A stretch of 36,047 bases of DNA from a virus: the IMG/VR virus record IMGVR_UViG_2811994897_000004; one strand, written 5' to 3'. Both the position numbers and the translations under genes were made by a program. Under the pieces are notes generated by a model, which was not told the origin of the DNA, did not search any database, and saw nothing but the letters and a program-made list of their open reading frames with translations. The stretch's first letter is position 1, and every line of letters begins with the position of its first letter. This document shows, in pieces, positions 18,608 to 26,510 of this stretch.

Positions 18608-18975
18608 CTAAACGCTCCTTTAATGTCTCGTAAGAAACCAGATTGTTGTGCATTAAATGCTGTTTGCATAAAGTGTGCTTGACCGCCGTTGGGATGATGC
18701 AATTTAGCATCAAACTCTTGCCTTGCACCATAGTTATAACCACGATTGTATGCGTTTCCTGTCACAATTCCTGTGATAGATGAACCGCGGTCTTGTATCT
18801 CAATTTGTGTGTTACGTCTTAGATAGCCTGTTTTAACAGGTTCTAGTCGTACCGCTTGTGATTGTGTGGCAGCCGTATAATGTCTCACGACATCTTTAGC
18901 TTTATTTGGAAGTTTGCTAGTCATGTTATTGACTAACTGGATATATTGATCACCGCCTTCAAGTGTTATACTCAT
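18604..18975 (-). CDS. HK97 gp10-like head-tail joining protein
   Basis: 123 aa. The N-terminus and the PVKTGYLRRN segment resemble the HK97 gp10 family. ATGA coupling. Confidence 0.6.
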   Translation of the reverse strand: MSITLEGGDQYIQLVNNMTSKLPNKAKDVVRHYTAATQSQAVRLEPVKTGYLRRNTQIEIQDRGSSITGIVTGNAYNRGYNYGARQEFDAKLHHPNGGQAHFMQTAFNAQQSGFLRDIKGAFR

Positions 18976-19271
18976 GCGTCTACCTCAATCAATGTTAAGT
19001 TACGACGTTGTTCAATTGATTGGCTGGCGTATAACTTGTATTTAATATTATCAACTATAATAAAATCAAATGTTGGTAAATCAGTAATGCTTCTAACTGT
19101 AATCATCTTGGCGTTACTAACACCAAAGTCTCTTATCGTTGTTTGTGTAGAAATAGTTGTTACATTGACAGTCGCTTGCTTGTCATTAATGGTATTACTG
19201 TTTCCGTGATTGCTTGGTCTATCCTGACCCTTGACAATCGTTCTAAATACAACTTGTTTGTTTTGAATCAT
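18972..19271 (-). CDS. Head closure or head-tail adaptor protein
   Basis: Preferred start is ATG 19271 (MIQNKQVVF...), with ATGA overlap with the upstream stop and GGTGG as SD. Confidence 0.55.
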   Translation of the reverse strand: MIQNKQVVFRTIVKGQDRPSNHGNSNTINDKQATVNVTTISTQTTIRDFGVSNAKMITVRSITDLPTFDFIIVDNIKYKLYASQSIEQRRNLTLIEVDA

Positions 19272-19597
19272 ACTAGCCACCATCTACCGTGCGATGGTTT
19301 ATAAAATTGATCGCCGTTCTTATACGAATTAATTTCATTCATATACGGCGCGAAGTCATCTTCGCTAAACGTTTGGCTTAATCCATCTTGCGATGTTGTC
19401 GTTGTGCCTTCAGCACCAATACGTCCGTACCGTGCAGCAACAACGTTGGTTACAATATATGAAAACTTCTGTGGTACTTCATCTGTTCCAAGTAAGACGT
19501 TTAAGCGAGCAGTTGTAATTGTTTCAACAATCGCCAGCTTATCGGCAACCGACGTACCACTGTCAATTAACTTTAAATAATCTTCTGCTGCGCTCAT
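19268..19597 (-). CDS. Head-tail connector (gp6-like)
   Basis: 109 aa with SD AAGGAG. First gene after the capsid block. Confidence 0.55.
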   Translation of the reverse strand: MSAAEDYLKLIDSGTSVADKLAIVETITTARLNVLLGTDEVPQKFSYIVTNVVAARYGRIGAEGTTTTSQDGLSQTFSEDDFAPYMNEINSYKNGDQFYKPSHGRWWLV

Positions 19598-19634
19598 ATA
19601 ATCTCCTTAATAACTGCAATTTCGTATTGCTTAT

Positions 19635-19898
19635 TTAAGCAACAGTTACGGTTACGGTTACTTTAGCTGTTTTACCACCAGCAGTCGCAATTACGTCAGT
19701 TGTACCAGCTTTAACGCCTGTATACTTTCCATTATTATCAACCGTCACAATGGTATTATCTGCTGATGACCATGATACCGTCTTGTCTGTTGCATTAGCT
19801 GGTGATACCGTTGCAACAGCCGTAGCATTCTCTGCAACAGCAATTGAGTTAGTTATCTTATCTAATGTTACACCAGTTACTGTAACAACGGGATCAGG
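19635..19898 (-). CDS. Big_2 (bacterial Ig-like) domain extension, probably fused to the major capsid protein by +1 recoding
   Basis: The +1-frame ORF overlaps the last 59 capsid codons. It has no convincing own start or SD. It encodes VTGVTLDK...ATVSPANATDKTVSWSSADNTIVTVDNNGKYTGVKAGTTDVIATAGGKTAKVTVTV, a textbook Big_2 pattern. Confidence 0.6.
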   Translation of the reverse strand, partial: PDPVVTVTGVTLDKITNSIAVAENATAVATVSPANATDKTVSWSSADNTIVTVDNNGKYTGVKAGTTDVIATAGGKTAKVTVTVTVA

Positions 19899-20736
19899 CT
19901 TTACTCGCAAACAAGATAGCTTTCTTGTTAGCTTCAGGGATGTAAGTACCATCTTTACCAGCGCCCTGCAATGCAACACCGTCGAAACCTTCAGGTGTGA
20001 TTGTACGAGTTGTTGCGATACCAACGAATGTCTTACCAACGCCATCAGGTGCAAAGATTGCTTCCTTACCATTCATGTATACGTCTGGAACTTCAACTAG
20101 GTTGAATCCCTTGAACCACGACAATCCATTTTGGTCAATGTTAACAGTTGAGTTTTTACCAGTTGTGGTAAGTGTTGAATCAACCAAAGCGTTGTACAAG
20201 TCAGATGTCACGTAAGCCTTCGGCTTCTCAATAATCTCCAGCTGTGTGTATGCCTTAGCAGCTGCATTAAACAATGCTACTGGATCGGATGAATCAACAC
20301 CGATGTCTGTTCCTGCGGCAACCAATGCAGCGCCGTCAAGACTGTTCCAGCGAACTAACAATGCTTGTGCTTGTGCAACCAATCGTGAAGCAACAGCAGC
20401 ATCTAAATCAGCGTTAACTGTGTGCTTATCAAGTCCTTCATCAAAAGCCCAATCAGAGTTATAAGGCACATCAGTGTCAACGTACTTAACTTCTTGACGA
20501 GCGCCGAAACGAGATGAGTTAGCTGTTCCTGTACCAAAGGCAACGTTAGCGTCCTTTGAGTATGGGTTAATGATAACCGGCATGTCATTTGTCTTAACAG
20601 TAAATGCTACTGCGTTGTCACGAATACCGTCAATCGCTTGTAATTGTCCAAAGGCGCTTACGAAGTAGGCTTTCTTTTGGAAGATGGTTGGCAAAACAGC
20701 CAACAGTTGCTTAGTAAATACTTGTGTATCAGCCAT
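19894..20736 (-). CDS. Major capsid protein
   Basis: 280 aa, directly after the scaffold gene. SD AAAGGAAAAAA. Confidence 0.8.
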   Translation of the reverse strand: MADTQVFTKQLLAVLPTIFQKKAYFVSAFGQLQAIDGIRDNAVAFTVKTNDMPVIINPYSKDANVAFGTGTANSSRFGARQEVKYVDTDVPYNSDWAFDEGLDKHTVNADLDAAVASRLVAQAQALLVRWNSLDGAALVAAGTDIGVDSSDPVALFNAAAKAYTQLEIIEKPKAYVTSDLYNALVDSTLTTTGKNSTVNIDQNGLSWFKGFNLVEVPDVYMNGKEAIFAPDGVGKTFVGIATTRTITPEGFDGVALQGAGKDGTYIPEANKKAILFASKA

Positions 20737-20752
20737 GTTTTTTCCTTTTTAG

Positions 20753-21286
20753 TTAGAATCCGGCGTTGGCTAATGCAGCCTTAATTGGGTCATTATCACC
20801 AGCTAAGTTACTTGAAGCCCCTGAAGGCTTGCCTGCATTAGCACGCTGCTTAATTTGTTCGTTTGCTTGTTTGTCGATTAAATCTTTAATGCTATCAATT
20901 AATGCGCTTGTCTTTTCAGAATCACCCAACACTGCAAACGATTCAGCAAGTTCAACTGGTAAACCAGCGGTTGACAATTGACCTGTCACATCCGCAGTTA
21001 ACTCACGTTGTGCAATACCTGCTTCACGTTCTTTCAATGCTTTAACTTTTGCGTCATATTCAGCTTGTGCCTTTTGTTCCGCTGTCATTTTAGACTCTTT
21101 TAAAGCTTGTTCTTTCGCCTCTGCGACTGCTTGCGCCATCTTGTCTTCATAATCTTTTTGAATGTCGTTGCGTGCTTTGTCGTATGCGCGATCTTTTTCA
21201 GCTTGTAAGTCCTTAGCAGTGAACGTTTGCTCTTGCTGTTCTGTTTCCGACTGTGTTTCAACTGTGTTGTTTGCTTCTTCAGCCAT
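20753..21286 (-). CDS. Scaffolding protein
   Basis: 177 aa, highly charged, E/K/A/Q-rich and helical. Located upstream of the capsid gene. Confidence 0.75.
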   Translation of the reverse strand: MAEEANNTVETQSETEQQEQTFTAKDLQAEKDRAYDKARNDIQKDYEDKMAQAVAEAKEQALKESKMTAEQKAQAEYDAKVKALKEREAGIAQRELTADVTGQLSTAGLPVELAESFAVLGDSEKTSALIDSIKDLIDKQANEQIKQRANAGKPSGASSNLAGDNDPIKAALANAGF

Positions 21287-21403
21287 AATTGATTCTCCTT
21301 TGCACGTTGCTATGTACGCATTTAACCCACTTCACAACCCGCTATTTATTTTATGCACAACGTTTTGTACGTCAATGACCCGCAAAACCGTTCCACTTGC
21401 ATA

Positions 21404-21432
21404 ATTATAGCATTAATAACGAATATATACAA
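21404..21432 (-). promoter_or_regulatory. Promoter upstream of the scaffold gene
   Basis: -35 TTGTAT (21427-21432), 17-nt spacer, extended -10 TGCTATAAT (21404-21412). Palindrome TGCATA-A-TATGCA at 21440-21452. Confidence 0.5.
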
Positions 21433-21453
21433 TAAGTTGTGCATATTATGCAA

Positions 21454-21473
21454 TAAAAAAAGCCTTAAGGCTT
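21454..21473 (-). terminator. Rho-independent terminator after the MuF-like gene
   Basis: AAGCCttaaGGCTT followed by TTTTTTATT. The hairpin overlaps the stop codon. Confidence 0.6.
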
Positions 21474-22299
21474 AATCTTCTATGTCACTGTCAGTTACTT
21501 CATCTTTCGCAACGGCAGCTATAGAACACCTACATGACGGATGAAAAGGGATTGGCGGTACGTTATTCAATTTGTATATCTTGCCATCCTTGTCTAAGCA
21601 ATGATCACATGCTCCAGCTGATGTTATCCACTCTACCAAGTCATATCCAGCAGCTTTAATATCATGCTTCTGTTGCATTGCTGATATATGCGCGCCTTCA
21701 GTACGTAATATACGTTCAGATTGATAGTTGAATACATGGTATCTATCACGTATATCTGCAACGTGTGACACAGGATTTTCTTTTTCAAGCAATGACTGGC
21801 GCATAATTGTCAGCAAGTCACTTCTTAATGCTGATTGATGACGCCAAACATCATCTGACCAAGTGCGTCCCCAATAGTTCTGATCTATGATGTCGTCTTT
21901 CATCTCATTATTAACCAAATTATACATCTTAGCGCCCATACCAGCCGTGTATGTCTTATCTTTCAATAGTTGCGTACGTGTATAGTCAATAACTTTTGCA
22001 GCAGCTACTGATGTGAATAACAACGCTGCATAATCAATCAGTTCATCATTATTAGCTGGCGTTTTAGTCACAAAGCCATTTTTATCTGCATAACCATTCA
22101 ATTCATTAACTAATTCTTGGTTTGGCAGATTGCCATTACTCGATTGTGTATACTGCGGGTTCTTGTCACGAAACAAAGCCCACCAAGCGATATAAGCAAC
22201 CGATACACCTTTAATTATTGCTGTCAGCTTGGTTGAATGGCGCTTGTCCGCCTTGATTTGTTCCTTGCTGTACTGATACATTTCTTGTCTGTTCGTCAT
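21472..22299 (-). CDS. Head morphogenesis protein (Mu F / SPP1 gp7-like)
   Basis: 275 aa. C-terminal CDHCLDKDGKIYKLNNVPPIPFHPSCRCS matches the Phage_Mu_F signature. Overlaps the portal 3' end. Confidence 0.8.
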   Translation of the reverse strand: MTNRQEMYQYSKEQIKADKRHSTKLTAIIKGVSVAYIAWWALFRDKNPQYTQSSNGNLPNQELVNELNGYADKNGFVTKTPANNDELIDYAALLFTSVAAAKVIDYTRTQLLKDKTYTAGMGAKMYNLVNNEMKDDIIDQNYWGRTWSDDVWRHQSALRSDLLTIMRQSLLEKENPVSHVADIRDRYHVFNYQSERILRTEGAHISAMQQKHDIKAAGYDLVEWITSAGACDHCLDKDGKIYKLNNVPPIPFHPSCRCSIAAVAKDEVTDSDIED

Positions 22300-23791
22300 C
22301 GTTTTCCACCGCCGCGTCTCTCATAGCTAATCGTGTTGTTTCTGTGTCTTGGCTATCACGTTGCTCATCCATCATCTTAACAATCTCATCAGGGTCGTTA
22401 ACTTCAGGCAAGAACTTGTACAAGTATTGTTGTGGTAACGTTGCACCAGCTTGTACAATTTGTAATATAGTCTCAACGTCATCGCTTGGTAAGTTGTCGT
22501 GGAATGCAAATTTAATATCGTTTACATCAATTTTCCACGCGCCAGATACCTGTTGTTCTAATGTCTGAACGATTGTGTATAACTCGTACAATCCTTTTTC
22601 AAACATACGGCGCTTTGTCTTGGCTTGTTGAATAACGCCTAACTGCTTATAACGCATTGCCACACCTGAAGCATTACCAGCGAAACTTTCATCTGATACG
22701 TCTGGTGTTCGTGATAGTGTATGAATATTACGATACAAACGGTTCTTATACGCTTCAACGCCAGCTGTATCGTATTCCTTATGGATATACTGTGCGTCAA
22801 CGTTTGTTTGTCCGTTAACTGCGTTGTTACCTGACTTCAACAACAATAGTCGTGCTTGCTTTAGGTCTAGCAGAATTTGTTTCTTTTGCTCAATCTGTGC
22901 AGCCAACTCTTTATCATAAGTTGGGGATGTTGGATCAAGCGCTAATTCCATGCCGTCAGTCAATGAATCAATGTCGCCTTTGATAACCAACATCGCATCG
23001 TTCAAGTCAGTCATGTAGTTAGCAGTGTCTGATTGGGCTGCATCGTATGCGTCTATTAGACTGATAACGTTCTCATAGTCGCCGATACGTAAGTTGTTGT
23101 TCCAGAACTCAACGACAGGCAATGCAAACAGTTCTTCAATGTTAACCGGCACTAAACTAGGCGCAGATAAGTTAGTTGGTTGATAATTGATATGCTCGGT
23201 AGCACTCCACGTCTCAACGTTATATTCCATATTCACTTGCGTCATTGTCCCATTTGTTGTCACAACTTGCACAGGAACATAGCGCACAGCCATGATCGGC
23301 TTGTAGTCAACGTCTTGGTTGTAAATCATAAACGTGTTAACTGGATCAAGACGAACCAGCCGTTCATAATCATATCCTTCTTCACGATAAGCCAGTGCAA
23401 ATCCACGCCCGAACTTACCAGCGTCTAAGAATATATCAGAGTACAACGTGTCAACGTCGTTTTGTTTATTCACTTCGTCTAACGTTTCGTGGTCTTCGTC
23501 ATCAACATCAATCGTGATTGGATTACCAACACTGAATGACGCTTGGAAATCCGCAATCTCTTGTGCGAATGGATGAACCAATCGTGCATCAGAACCATCA
23601 TCCAAGCGTCTGCTATCCGGCTCAAGCACAGAGACGTTTTTACCTGAATAGTACGATGCCAATTTCTCCAATCGTGGTTGCTGATAATTTTTATGATGCA
23701 ATATAAAATCAAATATCCGTGATAAGTCTAGCTTACTCAGGTCTTCCTGATAAATGATATTTGCTTGCGCGCTATTTGTAATAAAGTCCAT
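22211..23791 (-). CDS. Portal protein (SPP1 gp6-like)
   Basis: ORF 22211-23815. The preferred start is ATG 23791 (MDFITNSAQ...) behind AAGGCGGA. The track start is a TTG without an SD. Size and position are typical. Confidence 0.85.
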   Translation of the reverse strand: MDFITNSAQANIIYQEDLSKLDLSRIFDFILHHKNYQQPRLEKLASYYSGKNVSVLEPDSRRLDDGSDARLVHPFAQEIADFQASFSVGNPITIDVDDEDHETLDEVNKQNDVDTLYSDIFLDAGKFGRGFALAYREEGYDYERLVRLDPVNTFMIYNQDVDYKPIMAVRYVPVQVVTTNGTMTQVNMEYNVETWSATEHINYQPTNLSAPSLVPVNIEELFALPVVEFWNNNLRIGDYENVISLIDAYDAAQSDTANYMTDLNDAMLVIKGDIDSLTDGMELALDPTSPTYDKELAAQIEQKKQILLDLKQARLLLLKSGNNAVNGQTNVDAQYIHKEYDTAGVEAYKNRLYRNIHTLSRTPDVSDESFAGNASGVAMRYKQLGVIQQAKTKRRMFEKGLYELYTIVQTLEQQVSGAWKIDVNDIKFAFHDNLPSDDVETILQIVQAGATLPQQYLYKFLPEVNDPDEIVKMMDEQRDSQDTETTRLAMRDAAVENDDEQTRNVSVQQGTNQGGQAPFNQADSNN

Positions 23792-23822
23792 AATATCCGC
23801 CTTAATGTTATTCAATACAATT

Positions 23823-23831
23823 ATTATATCA
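23823..23831 (-). promoter_or_regulatory. Extended -10 promoter TGATATAAT for the portal transcription unit
   Basis: Immediately follows the terminator T-run on the minus strand: ...GTGTCTTTTATTGTGATATAAT. Confidence 0.5.
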
Positions 23832-23832
23832 C

Positions 23833-23864
23833 AATAAAAGACACCCCGACGGATCGAAGTGTCT
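23833..23864 (-). terminator. Rho-independent terminator closing the terL / intergenic RNA unit
   Basis: AGACAC(ttcgatccgtcggg)GTGTCT followed by TTTTATT. Confidence 0.6.
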
Positions 23865-24148
23865 CAAGCACCGTCCTAAAACAAATGCCGCAATTATGTA
23901 CGCCCACTAATTTCGATGTTATCTTAATCAGCCATAGGGACTTCGTCTCTCAAACAGCTACCCAGAGATAGTGTGGTTTTTATAAACGTTATTTGCTGAT
24001 AGTATGTACGCCGCTATGGTGAGCTACACCAAGTTCGACTTTAGTACCGCAACCTTAATTGGCACCTTTATTTCTACCGGTAAGGAAACACCGTATGTCC
24101 CATGACAAACATACGGCGCGAAAGGAGGAAGTGGCACGATGTCCACTT
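23833..24148 (-). ncRNA. Candidate novel structured RNA (about 315 nt) between terL and portal
   Basis: No credible ORF. It has its own extended -10 and terminator. GC is about 40-50% by hand count, against about 25% in the other intergenic regions. Hairpins lie at 24128-24149 (7 bp) and 24089-24118 (10 bp). The 10-nt direct repeat GGCGTACATA occurs twice. Confidence 0.45.
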
Positions 24149-24152
24149 CATT

Positions 24153-24161
24153 AGTATATCA
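24153..24161 (-). promoter_or_regulatory. Extended -10 element TGATATACT just downstream of the terL stop
   Basis: Minus strand: TAAAGATATAAATGATATACTAATGAAGTGG. The predicted start falls at the base of the first hairpin. Confidence 0.35.
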
Positions 24162-24175
24162 TTTATATCTTTACA

Positions 24176-25453
24176 TTACAACCCAATATCCTTAACCGCT
24201 TGTACACGTTCTTTATATGACATGTATGTTCCTTTCTTATTAGTAAAGATAACCGATTCCAACGCATAGCCAAGTGCCTGAATGATGTGGTCTGATCCGT
24301 CTTCTGGTCTGTTGGTTAGGTTGCCAAACTTATCCTTAGCATACACTTTTGTTTCCATTTCTTCAGCTAGCCAATGCACGCGGGGATGAATGTGATACTT
24401 AAACGACTTCATGAATTCATAACGTTGTACAAAGCTGTCTTTACCTTTTCCTGCTGGTTGGACATTCTTCAATCCACGGCTTCTTAATTCCCCAATCGTT
24501 CTTGGTTCAGCACTATCAGCATAGATTGTTCCCGATATACCGCCATGTCGATAAATAGCACGTGCAATGTTCTCGTTAAGCATCCCCGTCTCATAGAACC
24601 CATCGTACACATAGATGTCGTGGTCACTAACAATTGCCTGCACAAATGCTGTCGGATCGTGAGTGAAACCGAAGTCAATACCCATGACGTGACGACCAAC
24701 GATGGTCTTGTAATCAAAGTCTTCTATGTTGAACAACCCTTCAAACACTTGACCTTCTGATATCCCCCAGTCGCCAAACACAGCTACTCTAGCACGTGCG
24801 GGATTGCGTTCAATCATATTCTCTAGTGATTCAATATACTGTTCATCAAGATGTGAGTTATCTTTGTAAGTTGTCGTGATTGCCTTTGAATGTGGTCGCT
24901 TTGTCATCTCATCAAAGAACTCACCCTTAAGCCAATGCTTCTCACTCCATGGGTTGAATGCCAGTATCGTTTGATAATAACCACCTTTAGGCAACACACC
25001 ACGGATTGATTCTTCGACTGTGTTGAAGTCGTCTATGCGCTTAATCTCGTACGCTTCTTCATAAAAAACACGGCACAAGTTCCCAACGTCAGCTTTGATG
25101 GAAGTAATCTTTAGCGGATCATCTAAGCCACGAAAATATATCTTTTGTCCGGTTGGTTTGTACTTTATTTCTAACGGACTGACAGTGAATTTAAACAACT
25201 GATCTAATCCTAATTGATGAACAGCCCATCGTATATTTGAGAATGTACTATCCTTATGCGTTGTCTGAAACTGTCGCACGACAAGCCAATTAACGTATGG
25301 TTGCTTCATTATCGTCATAACAATACCAAACGCAATTCCGGCAGACTTACCTGAACCACGACCACCTTTGTAAACTAGATAACGTTCATGGCTTGTAAAC
25401 AAATCTTTATATGCGCTGCTCACCAGCTCTTTTTCATTTATCGTAATATTCAT
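24176..25453 (-). CDS. terL: Terminase large subunit (PBSX/Terminase_3-like)
   Basis: Walker A YKGGRGSGKSAG with a nuclease-domain C-terminus. The preferred start is ATG 25453 (MNITINEKELV...). The track start is a TTG at 25519 that would read through a terminator hairpin. Confidence 0.9.
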   Translation of the reverse strand: MNITINEKELVSSAYKDLFTSHERYLVYKGGRGSGKSAGIAFGIVMTIMKQPYVNWLVVRQFQTTHKDSTFSNIRWAVHQLGLDQLFKFTVSPLEIKYKPTGQKIYFRGLDDPLKITSIKADVGNLCRVFYEEAYEIKRIDDFNTVEESIRGVLPKGGYYQTILAFNPWSEKHWLKGEFFDEMTKRPHSKAITTTYKDNSHLDEQYIESLENMIERNPARARVAVFGDWGISEGQVFEGLFNIEDFDYKTIVGRHVMGIDFGFTHDPTAFVQAIVSDHDIYVYDGFYETGMLNENIARAIYRHGGISGTIYADSAEPRTIGELRSRGLKNVQPAGKGKDSFVQRYEFMKSFKYHIHPRVHWLAEEMETKVYAKDKFGNLTNRPEDGSDHIIQALGYALESVIFTNKKGTYMSYKERVQAVKDIGL

Positions 25454-25459
25454 AATTAA

Positions 25460-25468
25460 ATTATAGCA
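25460..25468 (-). promoter_or_regulatory. Extended -10 TGCTATAAT placed 6 nt before the terL ATG (would give a leaderless mRNA)
   Basis: Minus strand: GGCTTTTTATTATGCTATAATTTAATTATG. There is no SD in front of the ATG. Confidence 0.4.
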
Positions 25469-25497
25469 TAATAAAAAGCCATCCGGCAGGGGATGAC
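25468..25497 (-). terminator. Rho-independent terminator immediately upstream of terL
   Basis: GTCATCC(cctgcc)GGATGGC (7 bp including one G-U) followed by TTTTTATTAT. Confidence 0.6.
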
Positions 25498-25624
25498 CTT
25501 CTATTACATAGTTACTCAAAACATGCCTTATTTAATCGGATAGGCTTTGACATAAGCAAGCGTCAACCAATCAGAGTGCCATACACCTTTTCTACTTTGT
25601 GCATCAAGCCCACCGCTTGCCTAT
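25468..25624 (-). ncRNA. Structured about 155-nt leader or short RNA, from the TTAAG-type promoter to the terminator before terL
   Basis: A 10-bp long-range helix, TAGGCAAGCG (25614-25623) with CGCTTGCTTA (25553-25562). Competing ATAGGC/GCCTAT/ATAAGGC pairings. No ORF. Confidence 0.4.
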
Positions 25625-25630
25625 GAATCT

Positions 25631-25680
25631 ATAATATCATTTATGATTGGGGATGTATAGTAGCTTAACTATTTCTTAAC
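25631..25680 (-). promoter_or_regulatory. TTAAG-type promoter cassette
   Basis: GTTAAGAAATAGTTAAG (25664-25680), then 27 nt, then extended -10 TGATATTAT (25631-25639). Confidence 0.5.
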
Positions 25681-25753
25681 AATTGAAATTATCCTAATAA
25701 TCTTTAGGTTAAGAAACAGGTATAAATCGCTATCAATCAAAACCCATTTAACA

Positions 25754-25963
25754 TTAATATGGTTTTTCATTTAATGGTTTTTCATTTAATTCTTTTTCAA
25801 TATAAAACTTAGCACAATCAATCACAATTACTCCAATTGTCATTCCAGTCATCATTCCAATAATAAACCACGTTGACAAACTTGTGTCTTTAAGTATTAA
25901 AGCACATGCAATAATAATAACATCCATAATGATTGTGATAAACGTCATAGTAAAACTTCTCAT
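25754..25963 (-). CDS. Small 2-TM membrane protein inserted between terS and terL
   Basis: Preferred start is ATG 25963 (MRSFTMTFITIIMDVIIIACALIL...) behind GAGGA. The C-terminus carries a 15-bp tandem duplication (LNEKP twice). Confidence 0.6.
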   Translation of the reverse strand: MRSFTMTFITIIMDVIIIACALILKDTSLSTWFIIGMMTGMTIGVIVIDCAKFYIEKELNEKPLNEKPY

Positions 25964-25964
25964 A

Positions 25965-26462
25965 TTAATTATCCTCCCAAGGCTCAATCTTAATCGTCAC
26001 GTTCGTGTCACTGTCGCTCTCTGCTTGTCGCTCTGCTATCTTAGCGTCAGCGATTGCCTTGCGTAACTTCTGCATCTCAATACGGCTGGATGTTGTCTTC
26101 CCTACAATCTTAAGCAAGTCATTTGCAGCCTTGTTACTGTCTGATACGCTGTTGCGAACTTTAGTTACAGTGACATCGCCGTCTTTGCTTGACGTCACAA
26201 CATCTTCTGTCTCTTCACGTCTGAAAACCCGCGTTAAGCCTGCAAGTATCTCTTCTTGTGTAGCTATCTTGTTTTGATCCATCTTAGCCAACCGACGATC
26301 AATGTACAGCGCTACCTGTTCTTTCTTCAATAGCTCGCCGACACTCTTAGCAGAGTACGCTTCACTATATCCAGCAGCAATCGCCGACTTGTATGCGTTC
26401 CGAGTTTTGATATACTCATCGGCAAACTTTAATTGCTTATTTGTTATCCGATTCGTCCGCAT
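25965..26462 (-). CDS. terS: Terminase small subunit
   Basis: 165 aa. The N-terminal LKFADEYIKTRNAYKSAIAAGYSEAYSAKSVGELLKKEQV fits the Terminase_2 HTH region. Confidence 0.8.
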   Translation of the reverse strand: MRTNRITNKQLKFADEYIKTRNAYKSAIAAGYSEAYSAKSVGELLKKEQVALYIDRRLAKMDQNKIATQEEILAGLTRVFRREETEDVVTSSKDGDVTVTKVRNSVSDSNKAANDLLKIVGKTTSSRIEMQKLRKAIADAKIAERQAESDSDTNVTIKIEPWEDN

Positions 26463-26497
26463 CCCTTATCACACCTCGTTTTAACTGTTATTATCCC

Positions 26498-26506
26498 ATT
26501 ATAGCA
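26498..26506 (-). promoter_or_regulatory. Extended -10 promoter TGCTATAAT for terS
   Basis: Follows the terminator T-run: ...GTGCTTTTTTATTTGTGCTATAATGGG. Confidence 0.5.
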
Positions 26507-26510
26507 CAAA

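Noticed and set aside
19894-20588. Other ORFs overlapping the capsid gene (20403-20588 minus strand; 19750-20100, 19997-20215 and 20246-20464 plus strand).
   Set aside because: They have no start context and low-complexity translations. Only the Big_2-encoding frame shows a recognisable domain.
23905-23935. Hammerhead-like core CUGAUUAAG...GAAA on the minus strand.
   Set aside because: The conserved CUGANGA box is broken (U instead of G), and no three-stem junction can be drawn around it.
24020-24060. tRNA-like fragments (GGTGTAGCTCACC, AAGTCGAACTT) in the intergenic RNA.
   Set aside because: No acceptor or anticodon arms and no GTTCGAATC T-loop can be assembled, so no cloverleaf forms.
23816-24175. 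Group I intron in the terL-portal gap. There are R/S/P-like strings: GUUUGAGAGACGAAG, AAGAUAACAUCG and AAUUGCGG.
   Set aside because: The strings are in the wrong order for P-Q-R-S, and I found no complementary Q or P7 partner (only 3 bp). The element also lies between two complete genes, terL with its own stop and portal with its own SD and ATG, so there is nothing to splice.
24121-24195. Plus-strand 18-codon ORF (MSTSLVYHLYLYITTQYP) behind a very strong AAAGGAGG.
   Set aside because: It is on the opposite strand to every other gene, antisense to the terL 3' end, and neither hydrophobic nor toxin-like. The SD is simply the complement of the CCTCCTTT that follows a hairpin on the gene strand.
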